From an uncultured archaeon (GTDB lineage: Archaea; Asgardarchaeota; Heimdallarchaeia; Heimdallarchaeales; Heimdallarchaeaceae), in assembly GCA_964534625.1 (NCBI GenBank), contig CAZHRF010000026.1, positions 3,013-21,168 on the forward strand: 18,156 nt of DNA, given 5' to 3'. Below, in pieces: positions 1 through 10,300 of this stretch. Both the position numbers and the translations under genes were made by a program. Each line of letters starts with the position of its first letter. Position 1 is the first letter of the stretch. The notes under the pieces were generated by a model. The model worked only from the letters and a program-made list of their open reading frames with translations, made no database searches and was not told the DNA's origin.

Positions 1-240
1 AGTAAACCTCTATTCTATTTACATAGGACGAATAGGTAAGTCTAAACGAAGTCTATCAATATCCCAATTTTCTTCGCTATTCAATTAAATCAGACAAGTA
101 TTACCTTGTTAGTTTGTTTCTATTTTCTACTAGTTCTATTCTATTATTGCAAAGCCCATTACTATTATTCTCTATTTTATTCTCGCTGAGAGTTTAGAAT
201 AGTTTTAATATTTGTTTCATGATGTTATATTGGTATTAAA

Positions 241-2817
241 TTGAGCAGCAATTTACCTCTTGAAATTGATGATTTAATTGATCGTGAGGAAATCGACCAA
301 GCCATGCTTAAAATTGAAGAATTACGTGCTTGTTTAGACAAAGATGATCCTCTCTGTCTTAAATATCAAATCTTGAAGTGTAAAATGCTTAATGAGAAAG
401 GGAGATATAAAGAGACTATTCTCTGTGCTCAAGAGGTTATTAAATACCACAAAAGTCATGATCCTTCTTTTATTACCATTGATGCCTATCTTGAGATAGG
501 TAAATCTCTTTGGAGATTAGGCAAGTTAGATGAATCTTTGCAGATTATCACTAACGCCCAAAAAATACTCAATGTTTTAACAGTTGAAAAGAACCTTAAA
601 ATTGAGCGTGAAGCATATATTTTCAAACTTTTCGGTGTTGTTAACTGGACTCGTGGTAATCTTAATGCTTCTTTGAACTATTCTAGTAAAGCTTTAGAAG
701 GATTTGAAACTGTCGGTAATAAAGAAGAAATTGCCCATGTTATTAACAACTTGGGCGTGGTTTATCAGGATCAAGGAGAGTATGATCTTGCTCTTGAGCA
801 TTATGAGAAGAGCCTTAAGATTCGCCAGCAAATTGGGAAAAAAATTGGCATTGCTATTGCACTTAATAATTTGGGTGTTGTTTATCAAGAAAAAGGTCAG
901 CTTGACAAGGCTTTAGATTATTACCAACAGAGTCTTAAGATCCGCCAAGAGTTAGGTAATGAAAACTTTATTTCCACCAGCCTTAACAACATTGGTGAAA
1001 TTTATCAGCTTAAGGGGCAGATTAATGTCGCTTTAGATTACTATACTCGTAGTTTAGAGTTAAGAGAAAAACTTGGTAACAGTCAACTAATAGCTTTTTC
1101 TCTTTTGAGTATTGGCTCTGCTATGCTTGTTCAGGGCAAACTTAATGATGCTTTTGAAAAATTTCAACGTTCTCTAAAATTACTCAAGGAAGTAGGTAAT
1201 GATATTAATATCTCCGAGAGTCTTTTTCAGTTAGTTCTTCTTGCTGAAGAAAAGAGAGATTACTCTCAGATGCGTGCTTACTACCAAGATCTTGTTTCTA
1301 TCTACAAAAATAACCGTAATTTACTTATCAAACAAAGATATGAGATTTCACGAGGTGTTTTATTAAAAAATCAGCGTCGGATCAAATTTTTATCTGAAGC
1401 TGAACAGATCTTTACTCGTACAATTGAAAATGAACATCTTAGCAATCAGCTTAGAGTTCTCACAATGACTCATCTTTTTGAGCTCTTTCTTTTTGAATTA
1501 AGTGTCTTAAATGATCCTGATATCATTCAAGATATTTCTTTTCTTGCCAATCAGCTTCTAGGTATTGCTAAGATCCAGAATTCTCCTTCAATTATTGTTG
1601 AGACCTATATTCTCTTAGCCAAATTAGAGTTACTGGAATTGAATGTTCGACGGGCAGAATATTTGTTAAGCCAAGCCAATTATTATGCTGAAGAGATGAG
1701 GGCTACTTATTTGGTCACCAAAGTTATTCAAGAACAAGAATTACTCAATTCTCGCAGAGAACTTTGGAACAAATTACGCGAGAGGAGTGCTTCTATTAGA
1801 GAACGTTTGGAATTTATTGATTTACAAAAAACTATTAATGTCATCCAGGCTGCCAATCCTACTTTAGCGATGGGTTCTAAACCCCCTCGACTAGATATTG
1901 ATCAGATTAAAAGTGAAGGTATCACCAGATATCAGATTGAACAAATCTGTAAACTTATTTCCACCATGTTATCCCTTATGAAAAAACAATTATCTAATTA
2001 TGCCATGGACGCCAAGTTTAGAGAGATAAACACCAAGATTAAAACTCTCAAATTGGGCAAATTTTTTCAATATAATCACAACCGTTATACTCTTCAACTT
2101 CTTAAAATCAGAGAATTAGACCACACAAAGCCCGATGATTTATTGGATACATTGGTTTCTTTTTATTCCAAAGTTGAAAAAATAATTATAGACTGTCTTC
2201 CTAGCAACTGGCTTTCTTTTCTCTTTGAAGTGTATAAAGAATTACAAAACAAGTATCAAAAGATTACTAAGGATTTTAAATGGTTTATCTTTTTATCTTC
2301 CCAGTTACAGCCTTCCACCTTCACTTATGCTTTTCAACAGACTCAAAATATTACTGACGAGAGATTTCTTTTTGAGCAACGTTTAATGGCTCTTTATTCT
2401 TTTAAGATGGGTGACCTTGGTGTAGAACCTATTGCTCATATTGGTTCTCCTATTTTAGATGAAACTTCTGTTTACAAGCATGGTACGTTTATCATCACTT
2501 CTTTAGGTCTGGGATCTGAATATCACACGGGCTTATTTGGCCCTTTACCTGTAACTGGTGATTCTCGCTACGAAAGCCTTCATTTTGCTATGATTCTTAA
2601 AGATATCAAGAATAAAGATCCCCGATTGCAAGAACGTAATTATTCTATTATCTCTGTTATTTATCACAAAAGTCTTTCTAAGATGTTTTTACATTTTCGA
2701 GATAGTGTAGAGAAAATTATCATCAAGCATTTAAAGGGTTTAGAGCAAGCTGATGAAGTTAAAATGACTATTCTCAAAGCGATATTTGATGACATACGTC
2801 AAGATATCAATCAATAG
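241..2817 (+). CDS. Tetratricopeptide-repeat protein with helical middle region and a C-terminal alpha/beta domain (possibly longin/uDENN-like)
   Basis: 858-aa ORF, TTG start. Successive ~40-aa TPR units with NNLGVVY..G.Y..AL..Y..SL.IR..LG consensus (aa ~120-330). C-terminal ~140 aa contain FKMGDLGVEP...GLFGPLPV...DPRL. Confidence 0.9.
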   Translation: MSSNLPLEIDDLIDREEIDQAMLKIEELRACLDKDDPLCLKYQILKCKMLNEKGRYKETILCAQEVIKYHKSHDPSFITIDAYLEIGKSLWRLGKLDESLQIITNAQKILNVLTVEKNLKIEREAYIFKLFGVVNWTRGNLNASLNYSSKALEGFETVGNKEEIAHVINNLGVVYQDQGEYDLALEHYEKSLKIRQQIGKKIGIAIALNNLGVVYQEKGQLDKALDYYQQSLKIRQELGNENFISTSLNNIGEIYQLKGQINVALDYYTRSLELREKLGNSQLIAFSLLSIGSAMLVQGKLNDAFEKFQRSLKLLKEVGNDINISESLFQLVLLAEEKRDYSQMRAYYQDLVSIYKNNRNLLIKQRYEISRGVLLKNQRRIKFLSEAEQIFTRTIENEHLSNQLRVLTMTHLFELFLFELSVLNDPDIIQDISFLANQLLGIAKIQNSPSIIVETYILLAKLELLELNVRRAEYLLSQANYYAEEMRATYLVTKVIQEQELLNSRRELWNKLRERSASIRERLEFIDLQKTINVIQAANPTLAMGSKPPRLDIDQIKSEGITRYQIEQICKLISTMLSLMKKQLSNYAMDAKFREINTKIKTLKLGKFFQYNHNRYTLQLLKIRELDHTKPDDLLDTLVSFYSKVEKIIIDCLPSNWLSFLFEVYKELQNKYQKITKDFKWFIFLSSQLQPSTFTYAFQQTQNITDERFLFEQRLMALYSFKMGDLGVEPIAHIGSPILDETSVYKHGTFIITSLGLGSEYHTGLFGPLPVTGDSRYESLHFAMILKDIKNKDPRLQERNYSIISVIYHKSLSKMFLHFRDSVEKIIIKHLKGLEQADEVKMTILKAIFDDIRQDINQ

Positions 2818-3039
2818 GTCCTATTTGACTGCATTTTCAAATTTATTTTAATGATTATTTTCTCGCATTATACTCAATTAAATTAGCCACTCTACACGTC
2901 AAAGTCAGAAAGATATATTTGCCTTTTTCTTACTCAAAATGATGGTTGTCTGAACTCATTCATGTGGGTGGTTGGTGGTTGGTAATTGGTTCTATTTTGT
3001 TTATAAAACTTAATAAACTTATACCCAGAAACGACATAT

Positions 3040-4416
3040 ATGAAAAGGATTCTCTCTCTTGATCTATTAAGAGGTGCTTCAATTTTTTTTATGGTGGTCG
3101 TACACACGTGGATGAATGTCTACGATATGTCCCCTCTCTACTCTATTGACATTAGTGATATTAATCCTTTTTTATTAGTTTTTGGAGCTTTACTTTTCAT
3201 TCTTGGTCATTTCCGTTCTTTTTTCCTGCTTATCAGTATGACCATCCATTCATATGCTATGGATAAAGCCTTCAATAATGGGACTAAACCCGAACATATC
3301 CTCAAGAAGAAGGTGCTTGTTGGGTTGCTCATTTATTTTGCTGGTGTTTTTAGAGAAGCTTTTCTCAATCCCTGGGGTATACTTAATGATTTGCACATTC
3401 AAGGAACCATTAATCCGCATAGTTTACGTATGGCTTATCTTTTTGAAACTTTAAGTATGATAGGTTTGGGGTTAATTATTTTGAGTTTTGTTAATTATTG
3501 CATGATGAAAAAGGGTTACATGACTTTAAAAACCCGTATTATTATTTATTCTCTCCTCTCTATTATCGTTATTGTTTCTACTCCTTTTGTTCATTCAGCT
3601 ATTGATAATTATTTTGGTATTGACTTTGAGTATCAAGGTTATTTGGTTACTGGTTCGTTTTGGTCTTACCTTGCCCGTTTTTTCTGGGTGGCTTTAGCTG
3701 GGAAAGATGAACCTTTATTTCCTTTTCTTGTCATTGTTTTCATTGGAGCAATCGTAGGTGCTTCTCTAAGCCAACCTAAACCCACCAAAAAAATATGCTA
3801 CATAGGCATCTCTGCTGGCTTATTTTTAGTTATTTTTGGTATTTTTTATTGGGTTTTTATTGAAAATATGACTTTTAATTTATTCTTCAACATTCATCCT
3901 TTATGGTATTTTATATTTAATGCTGGATTACAGCTTATTCTTCTCTATTTCTTCTTTTTAAAAATAGAGTTTAACCACAAGTTGAATATGGATGATTTTA
4001 TGCGTTGGACACAATTTTTCCGCCGTTGGTCTATGGTTTCTTTGAGTATTTATATGCTCCAAGTCATAGATATTTTACCCAGAGAACTATTTTATCATTT
4101 ACTCGGTGTAGATTTTCATAATCGAAATCAAGTTAATTTTACATGGAGTCTCTTTATGATCTTGGTTATGATTGTTTTTTGGGATGTTACTATTCGGCTA
4201 TGGGAAAAAGTAGATTTTACTGGTTCTTTCGAGTGGATGCTTATTAAACTGGGCCAGATTTTCCTTAATGGTAAAAATATTTCAAAAACGCGCTTAAGGG
4301 TAGTCAATGTTTTATATAATCCCGAACCTATTGTTTTTCATAATAAACAAAGGGGTGAAGAGACTAAAATATCAGGAGACTTCACTATCATTCCCGTCAA
4401 AGATAAAAAGGACTAA
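3040..4416 (+). CDS. Multi-pass membrane protein, DUF1624 / heparan-alpha-glucosaminide N-acetyltransferase-like (acyltransferase-3 clan)
   Basis: N-terminal RILSLDLLRG...MVVVH motif, many hydrophobic segments, PLFPFL motif, SLSIYM and GSFEWM (DUF418-like) motifs near the C-terminus. Confidence 0.8.
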   Translation: MKRILSLDLLRGASIFFMVVVHTWMNVYDMSPLYSIDISDINPFLLVFGALLFILGHFRSFFLLISMTIHSYAMDKAFNNGTKPEHILKKKVLVGLLIYFAGVFREAFLNPWGILNDLHIQGTINPHSLRMAYLFETLSMIGLGLIILSFVNYCMMKKGYMTLKTRIIIYSLLSIIVIVSTPFVHSAIDNYFGIDFEYQGYLVTGSFWSYLARFFWVALAGKDEPLFPFLVIVFIGAIVGASLSQPKPTKKICYIGISAGLFLVIFGIFYWVFIENMTFNLFFNIHPLWYFIFNAGLQLILLYFFFLKIEFNHKLNMDDFMRWTQFFRRWSMVSLSIYMLQVIDILPRELFYHLLGVDFHNRNQVNFTWSLFMILVMIVFWDVTIRLWEKVDFTGSFEWMLIKLGQIFLNGKNISKTRLRVVNVLYNPEPIVFHNKQRGEETKISGDFTIIPVKDKKD

Positions 4417-4419
4417 AAC

Positions 4420-4549
4420 TATATTTTGGTTCTTGTTCTTGTTTTTCAGACAAAGAAAACGATCGAGACTAAAAAATGAGATGGAACAAAAAAGGAGAGA
4501 GGAATAAATAACCTAAAGAAAGGAGAGAAAGGGTTATCTGGCTTTCTTT
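4420..4549. terminator. Bidirectional oligo-T terminator region between convergent genes
   Basis: T-rich tract on + just after the 4416 stop (tattttggttcttgttcttgtttttc). Purine-rich + strand at 4470-4535 gives T/C tracts on - downstream of the 4550 stop. Confidence 0.45.
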
Positions 4550-5926
4550 CTATTCATTTTTCGTAATCACTTCTAATACTGGTTCTTGATGCACATTTTC
4601 ATCTTTTTGTATTGTCTTACCTTTAACAAAACTTATTGGTTCTACGTTGTATATTATTCCTTTTATATTCAATGGATCATCAACTGGTGTTTCTTTCATT
4701 GACAATATGGTTCTTATCTTCACCATTATCCATTCCCATGTTCCTATGAATTTTCCTTTTTCCCATAGTCTTACTATTCCTTCAAACATTAATACAAAGA
4801 CTATTGTGTACAATAATGTCCACCCAAATCCTACTGAATATCTTTCATTCAAGTCTATTGGAAATATCCATGTAAATATGTTTCTTGGGATAAAATCTAA
4901 TATTTGATACATGAATATTGTCAAAGATACCAGTCCCCATCTTCTAAAGTATCTTGAAAAATTCAGCCATCTCTCTACATTTAGGTTTTCATTAAACTCT
5001 ACCTTTCTTATTACAACTAGTATTCCGATTAGCTGTAACCCCGAATTTAGAAGTACAAACCAAGTTGGATGTACATGAAATCCTGGATCAAGATTCTCTA
5101 GTCCCGTTATGAACACCAAATGAAGTCCCCCATAGATGATCATTACTGCACCAGCTAGCATAGCATAGCTTGTGTGTTCCTTCTTAGGTTGTTTTTGAAT
5201 AATTATTTGTCCAATTGCTACCCCTATGAAACTTATTCCCAGCATTGGGAAAAGCGGCGCTTCTCTTCCCCCCAGCAGTACTAATATTAACCTCAAGATT
5301 GGTTGTTCATTTGCTGTATCCATAAAATAATCTGATCTGGTTAAATCTCCCCCTGCTAACTGGGATACTCCTTGTTGGACCAACGGTGACACAAATATTA
5401 TAGTTAGACCAATAGCCCCATAGATGGCTATATTTCTCCCCATTTTATACATACCATCATTTTTGGATAGGAAGTAGAAGAATATACTTGCAACTATTAC
5501 TCCCCAAGCTATATCTTGTAATGCTTCTGCAAAATATACAAAACGCAGATGTTCCCAATTCCATCCTTCTCCACGGCCCCATTTGTCTATTATACCCCAT
5601 GTTGTGAAGAATGCTGAGTATATTCTACCTACAATAATTAGTAGTAAGCCACTAAAGAGTTGTTTTATCAGTATGTTTTTTCTGGATACTCCCCGTTTAT
5701 AATCTTTGCTCATTACATATGTATGAACTACAGCTGAAACCATAATAAACACGCCTCTCCAATGCACAAGTATTATCAAGAATCCAGCCACTATTAGCAT
5801 TATTGGTCCAAATTCACTTATATCTCGGACAGCAATAAGGTTCCATACACTAAGCAATGCATGTACTACCGTCATTAAGAGTATAGCAAATCCTCTCAAA
5901 AAATCTAATGATGTTATTCTTTTCAT
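4550..5926 (-). CDS. Multi-pass membrane protein, DUF1624 / HGSNAT-like; paralogue of 3040..4416
   Basis: RITSLDFLRG...MTVVH, PLFPML, HPTWF, FRRWGLVSLTIFM and GTWEWI motifs are collinear with the neighbouring gene. Confidence 0.8.
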   Translation of the reverse strand: MKRITSLDFLRGFAILLMTVVHALLSVWNLIAVRDISEFGPIMLIVAGFLIILVHWRGVFIMVSAVVHTYVMSKDYKRGVSRKNILIKQLFSGLLLIIVGRIYSAFFTTWGIIDKWGRGEGWNWEHLRFVYFAEALQDIAWGVIVASIFFYFLSKNDGMYKMGRNIAIYGAIGLTIIFVSPLVQQGVSQLAGGDLTRSDYFMDTANEQPILRLILVLLGGREAPLFPMLGISFIGVAIGQIIIQKQPKKEHTSYAMLAGAVMIIYGGLHLVFITGLENLDPGFHVHPTWFVLLNSGLQLIGILVVIRKVEFNENLNVERWLNFSRYFRRWGLVSLTIFMYQILDFIPRNIFTWIFPIDLNERYSVGFGWTLLYTIVFVLMFEGIVRLWEKGKFIGTWEWIMVKIRTILSMKETPVDDPLNIKGIIYNVEPISFVKGKTIQKDENVHQEPVLEVITKNE

Positions 5927-6149
5927 ATGGTTTGCTTTATGGTTTCTTTAAAAACCTTTTTGGCAAACAATATGTATATTCTTTTATTCCAAAATGCTAA
6001 ATTTATTGAATATTTTTCAGGATAAATTCTTTTCTTTACATCAAGAGATCAAAAAAGATACGCAAAGTTTTATTGCACCACTATTTCAAAATACTTTGCT
6101 TTGTTTTGCTTTCTTCTTCCCCTTTTGATACAGCTAAGTCTTTCTAAAT

Positions 6150-7148
6150 TTATTTTAAATCTTTTTCAAATCTTTTTAATGAATCAGGTACGCCTTCTTC
6201 CTTTATCACTTTTGCGAATTCTTCTCCTGCTACTGTAATTAACCTTTCTCTATCCTTTTCATCTATCTTCATGTAGAAAAATCTTCCATTGGGGAATTCT
6301 TTAGCTATACGTGGATAATAGTCAGCTTCATGGATTTGATCTGCTACTCCATGGATTATATATACTGTTTTCTCTATCTTTTGTATATTTTCATTTCCCA
6401 ATATTTCAAATTCTGCTGCTTGTTCTGCTGATTTTTTCCATTTCCAAGTGTCACCCGATTTTATAAACTCTTCAAACCTTTCTTTTTGGGCTTTTTGTTC
6501 CATTTTACCCATTTTTATCCATTTAAGTATGGGTTTTAATAGGTTCAATACAGCTACTGGTAACATTTTTGATACATATTTTAGAAAGAATTTTGAAAAG
6601 ATCAGTCTATTCATTGGATCATATAACACTATTGTTGGCGATTTTTCTATCCCACTCTGGTCTAGTAAGCCTTGAATGATTAGTGATGCTCCCCAACAAG
6701 AACCTAGTACTACATGATCTTTCTTATCTAACCCCAAATATTTCATGGCTTCTACCACATCTTTTATTTTCTGGCTCATATCCATACGGGCATTTTTCCT
6801 ATCTAGTACACTTGATGCTTTTTCCCTAGTTTCAATGTAATAAGTTTCTATTCTTTCATGTATACCTTCATAAAATAATTGATATCCTTTGGGTGTTCCT
6901 CCCCATCCAGGTATAAAAACGAGTGGTCTTTTTGATATAGGATTTTCAGGTTTAATATGTACTGCTCTTATTTCTGCATTTTCTACGGGTATAATATGTA
7001 CCTCATTTCCTTCATAATCTAAGAAATTAGGTATATCCTCCCTGTATGTCTTTTGGATCATTTGATCTACTATTTCTGCTTTTTCTTCATCAATAGTTAA
7101 TGCTTTTTTTATCCATCCTTCAGTATCAATACTCTCATTCTTTGTCAT
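6150..7148 (-). CDS. Alpha/beta-fold hydrolase with Cys at the nucleophile elbow
   Basis: LVFIPGWGG oxyanion motif, LGSCWGA elbow (G-x-C-x-G), IIHGVADQI acid motif. Start moved from 7160 (TTG) to the ATG at 7148 because GGTGAT (7158-7153) is a canonical archaeal RBS. Confidence 0.8.
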   Translation of the reverse strand: MTKNESIDTEGWIKKALTIDEEKAEIVDQMIQKTYREDIPNFLDYEGNEVHIIPVENAEIRAVHIKPENPISKRPLVFIPGWGGTPKGYQLFYEGIHERIETYYIETREKASSVLDRKNARMDMSQKIKDVVEAMKYLGLDKKDHVVLGSCWGASLIIQGLLDQSGIEKSPTIVLYDPMNRLIFSKFFLKYVSKMLPVAVLNLLKPILKWIKMGKMEQKAQKERFEEFIKSGDTWKWKKSAEQAAEFEILGNENIQKIEKTVYIIHGVADQIHEADYYPRIAKEFPNGRFFYMKIDEKDRERLITVAGEEFAKVIKEEGVPDSLKRFEKDLK

Positions 7149-7176
7149 AATTATCACCAAATTAAGTAAATTGCAC

Positions 7177-7288
7177 TCAAGTCAAAACGAAAACCACTAA
7201 AATATAAACCTTACACTTGTACGATATTTTCGTTAGGATCAACCTAACAGATATAAGAAAAAATGGGATTCTTTTAGCTTTGACTTGA
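7177..7288. promoter_or_regulatory. Divergent promoter region with symmetric inverted repeats
   Basis: TCAAGTCAAA (7177-7186) and TTTGACTTGA (7279-7288) form a perfect inverted pair. Central GTTAGG-N5-CCTAAC (7232-7248). TATA-like boxes near 7200-7208 and 7251-7257. Confidence 0.5.
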
Positions 7289-7379
7289 AATCAACTAATA
7301 ACTTTTTTTCAGTTTAATTTTCTATTTAAAAATCGCTATATCCTCCACTTACCACTATCCGATTTTTTAAAAACTCCGT

Positions 7380-10300
7380 ATGTTTCTTCTTCAAGAGAGA
7401 GATCTTTTTATGGTTGAACGATATCCTATACCTGATGATTTAAGGCAATATATTAAAAAATATGAAGAAGATGCATATGGCAAAGTTGTACGTTATCTTA
7501 CCAGTAGTTTTGGCTTAACACGCGGGAAGGCTCAAGAACCTGCCAATCAGATTATTAATCAAGTTTTAACTGAAGACCAACCATCTTCTTCTGAAAGTAG
7601 CGCAAAAAGCGATTCTAATACTGATACCCATGTTTATCTTTCAAAAGAGCATATCATCAGCCATCTACTCGAGACGGAACGTTTTGCTAATTTTGACTAC
7701 GACTTTTTCGATATTTTCGTAGACATTTACACTAAAGCAAACCAAGAACAACCAGGTTTAGGTAAAGAAGAGATAACAGCCATTATTTATCGTAAATGTT
7801 TATTCAATCATACATTACGGGATCTTGTTCCCGAGGATGAAAATCTTCGTTCTCTTATACCTAAAATCGTTGCTGAAATCCAGCATCTTTTCACTCTTAG
7901 TCAAAAAACACATCAAGAAATTGACCTTAAACCTAGAAATATTTCTTTTCTTGAACGTTACATTCTTACCAATGTTGGCAAAATCTATCCCGACAATTCT
8001 TTTTTCTTTAATATCCTTCTCCACCAAATACAAACCAACGAACCTTTTTTTCCTTCTTTACTTTTAGCCATGGATTCTGTTCTCAATCATATTCTAACAG
8101 GAGATGATAGATTTGATACTTTGCAACAAGATATACGCCAGTCTGGTTTTGGTAAAGCAAAAAATTTTTTCCAAGCCCCTGCTATTTTTCCTATACAACA
8201 GAAAGCATCTGAAAAGAAAGCAAACCGAGGGCTACTTGTTTCTTTGGAATCTACTATTAAATCACTTTTAGGAGAGCCAAATAGATCCCATTCAGTTTTA
8301 TTCAAGAAGAAATTTTTATTAGGATCTATTATTACTGCCCTTATTGCTCAAAAAATCAATCTTTTTCTCAAAGAACAGAATTATGAGATTAAAGGCACTT
8401 TAGATAATCAAATACATAGAGCTACCGCCCATTCTTTTCTAGATTTACTTGATCTTTCTGAAGATTTGAAAAAACATTCACTTTTAGAACCATTTGGTGA
8501 TACTCTTTCAACCTTTATTCATTTGTTCAATTATAAATCCGTTTCTGGAAAACATATATTTGGAGAAAGATCTACTACTGACCTCTCTGAACGAGAGATC
8601 TCTATGGAGTTAGAACGTTTGTCCTCTAATAATTCATATTGGCAAAAATTACTTGTACTCTTAAAACGCGTTTCTGATCGTGATAGTAGGTTTTATTCTT
8701 TTCTTTGTACCTTGCTTTATGGTATTATTCCTGATATGTATTCAAAACCCCCCAACACTTTAGAATTTTATAATCTCGAAAATATTGACCATTTTATTGA
8801 AGAGTTGATAGCTTATAAGAATCTCAACCGTTATGATGGTCTCGGTTTTATTACTCTTCAAGATACAATCAATCAATTAGATGTATCCCATATACTTTAT
8901 TTCTCCCCTAGTCAGAATACCTTGTTTAAACTTAATAAACAACAGATTTTCAAATACATAGAGGAGCAACAGCATACTAGCAAAACTCGTTTAGAAACTA
9001 TTATAGGTGATTTATTTCTTTATGTTTTTGACAAGCAAGACGAATATGTCCAGATCGATACTGAAAAAACCGAAACTATTCCTTTAGATGCCTTTTATCG
9101 AATAATATCTGAGGACATCAAAACCCAGCATCCAACTATTTGTAATATTTTTCTTTTCAATAACCAGTTTCATTATATCTCTACCTTAGAATTTTTTGAT
9201 TTCCTTATTCGCTTTATTTCTGGTGAAACATTTATTGAACGTGAGTTAGAAGTAAAGTATAATGATATTGAAGATATTATCCAAAAGCCACTTATTATTA
9301 CTCTCGAAAATATGTTAGGTTATCTTCCTGTTTTCAAAGATCGTTTTCAAGACTTCTTTACTATTTCTGCTTTCTTTATGGTAGGTGAAACCATTGAACT
9401 CACTCATCCCGAAATTTTATCTAAATTTGGTGGTTCTTGTTTTGCAGATATTATCCGCAATTATTCCTTTTATCCGGGTATGGGTTTTCTTAGAATTTCT
9501 GTTATCGGAAAAGATGATGAAGCTTCTTACCTTCCACTTAACTTACTTATGATGTCTTATGGCTTTGAACAGCTTTTTAGTCAAAAAACTACTGAAGGAA
9601 GGATGGTTGTTGAGTTTGGTCAAGCTGATAAATGGTCACTTCCTATTAATGTTGATGAAGCTGTTATCAATAAAATTCAAGTTCCTAGTTTAATTGAAAT
9701 AATTAAACAGTATTCTACTAGGAGATCTAAGCGCCATGTCCAAAGTGATATTCATGCCTTAGAACTAGGTAAATTCAGCCAATATTTTAGAGAGTTTATT
9801 ACTGGGAATAATGTTCTTGACATAAATAATGACAGTTCGATTATTGGCTTAATGCCTGAATACCCTTTATATTTACTTAAAGCGTTTAAAAGCAACTGTA
9901 GTTACTCTTTTGATAAAATCAACCTTACAGAATTTAGTGAAATCATTAAACACGCCTTCATCACCACTTCTCCTTCCACTAACCACAAAACAGAGTTCAA
10001 ACTTTTAAAATCGGAGTTGGAGCAGTTTTATACAGTTAAAACAGAAGTTGAGTGGGATAATCTTTCTTCTCCCCTTAAAAAAATCTGTGAGAGTAATATT
10101 GAAGGAAAACACACTACATCTAAGTTATTACACTTTCTAGATTCTTTAAATGCTCATTCCAAGTACGATGAGACAATTTATCACTTGCAGAAACTTAATA
10201 ATGTAACCAAAGATATTGAGATACAAGTTGAGTCTAACAAACTAATTTTTTACACTAAAATGACTTTAGATGATGTCCAGAAACGCCTACTTGAGAGCCA

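Noticed and set aside
1-205. Scattered TCTATT/CTATTCTA motifs
   Set aside because: Irregular spacing and low complexity in AT-rich DNA; not a convincing iteron or array.
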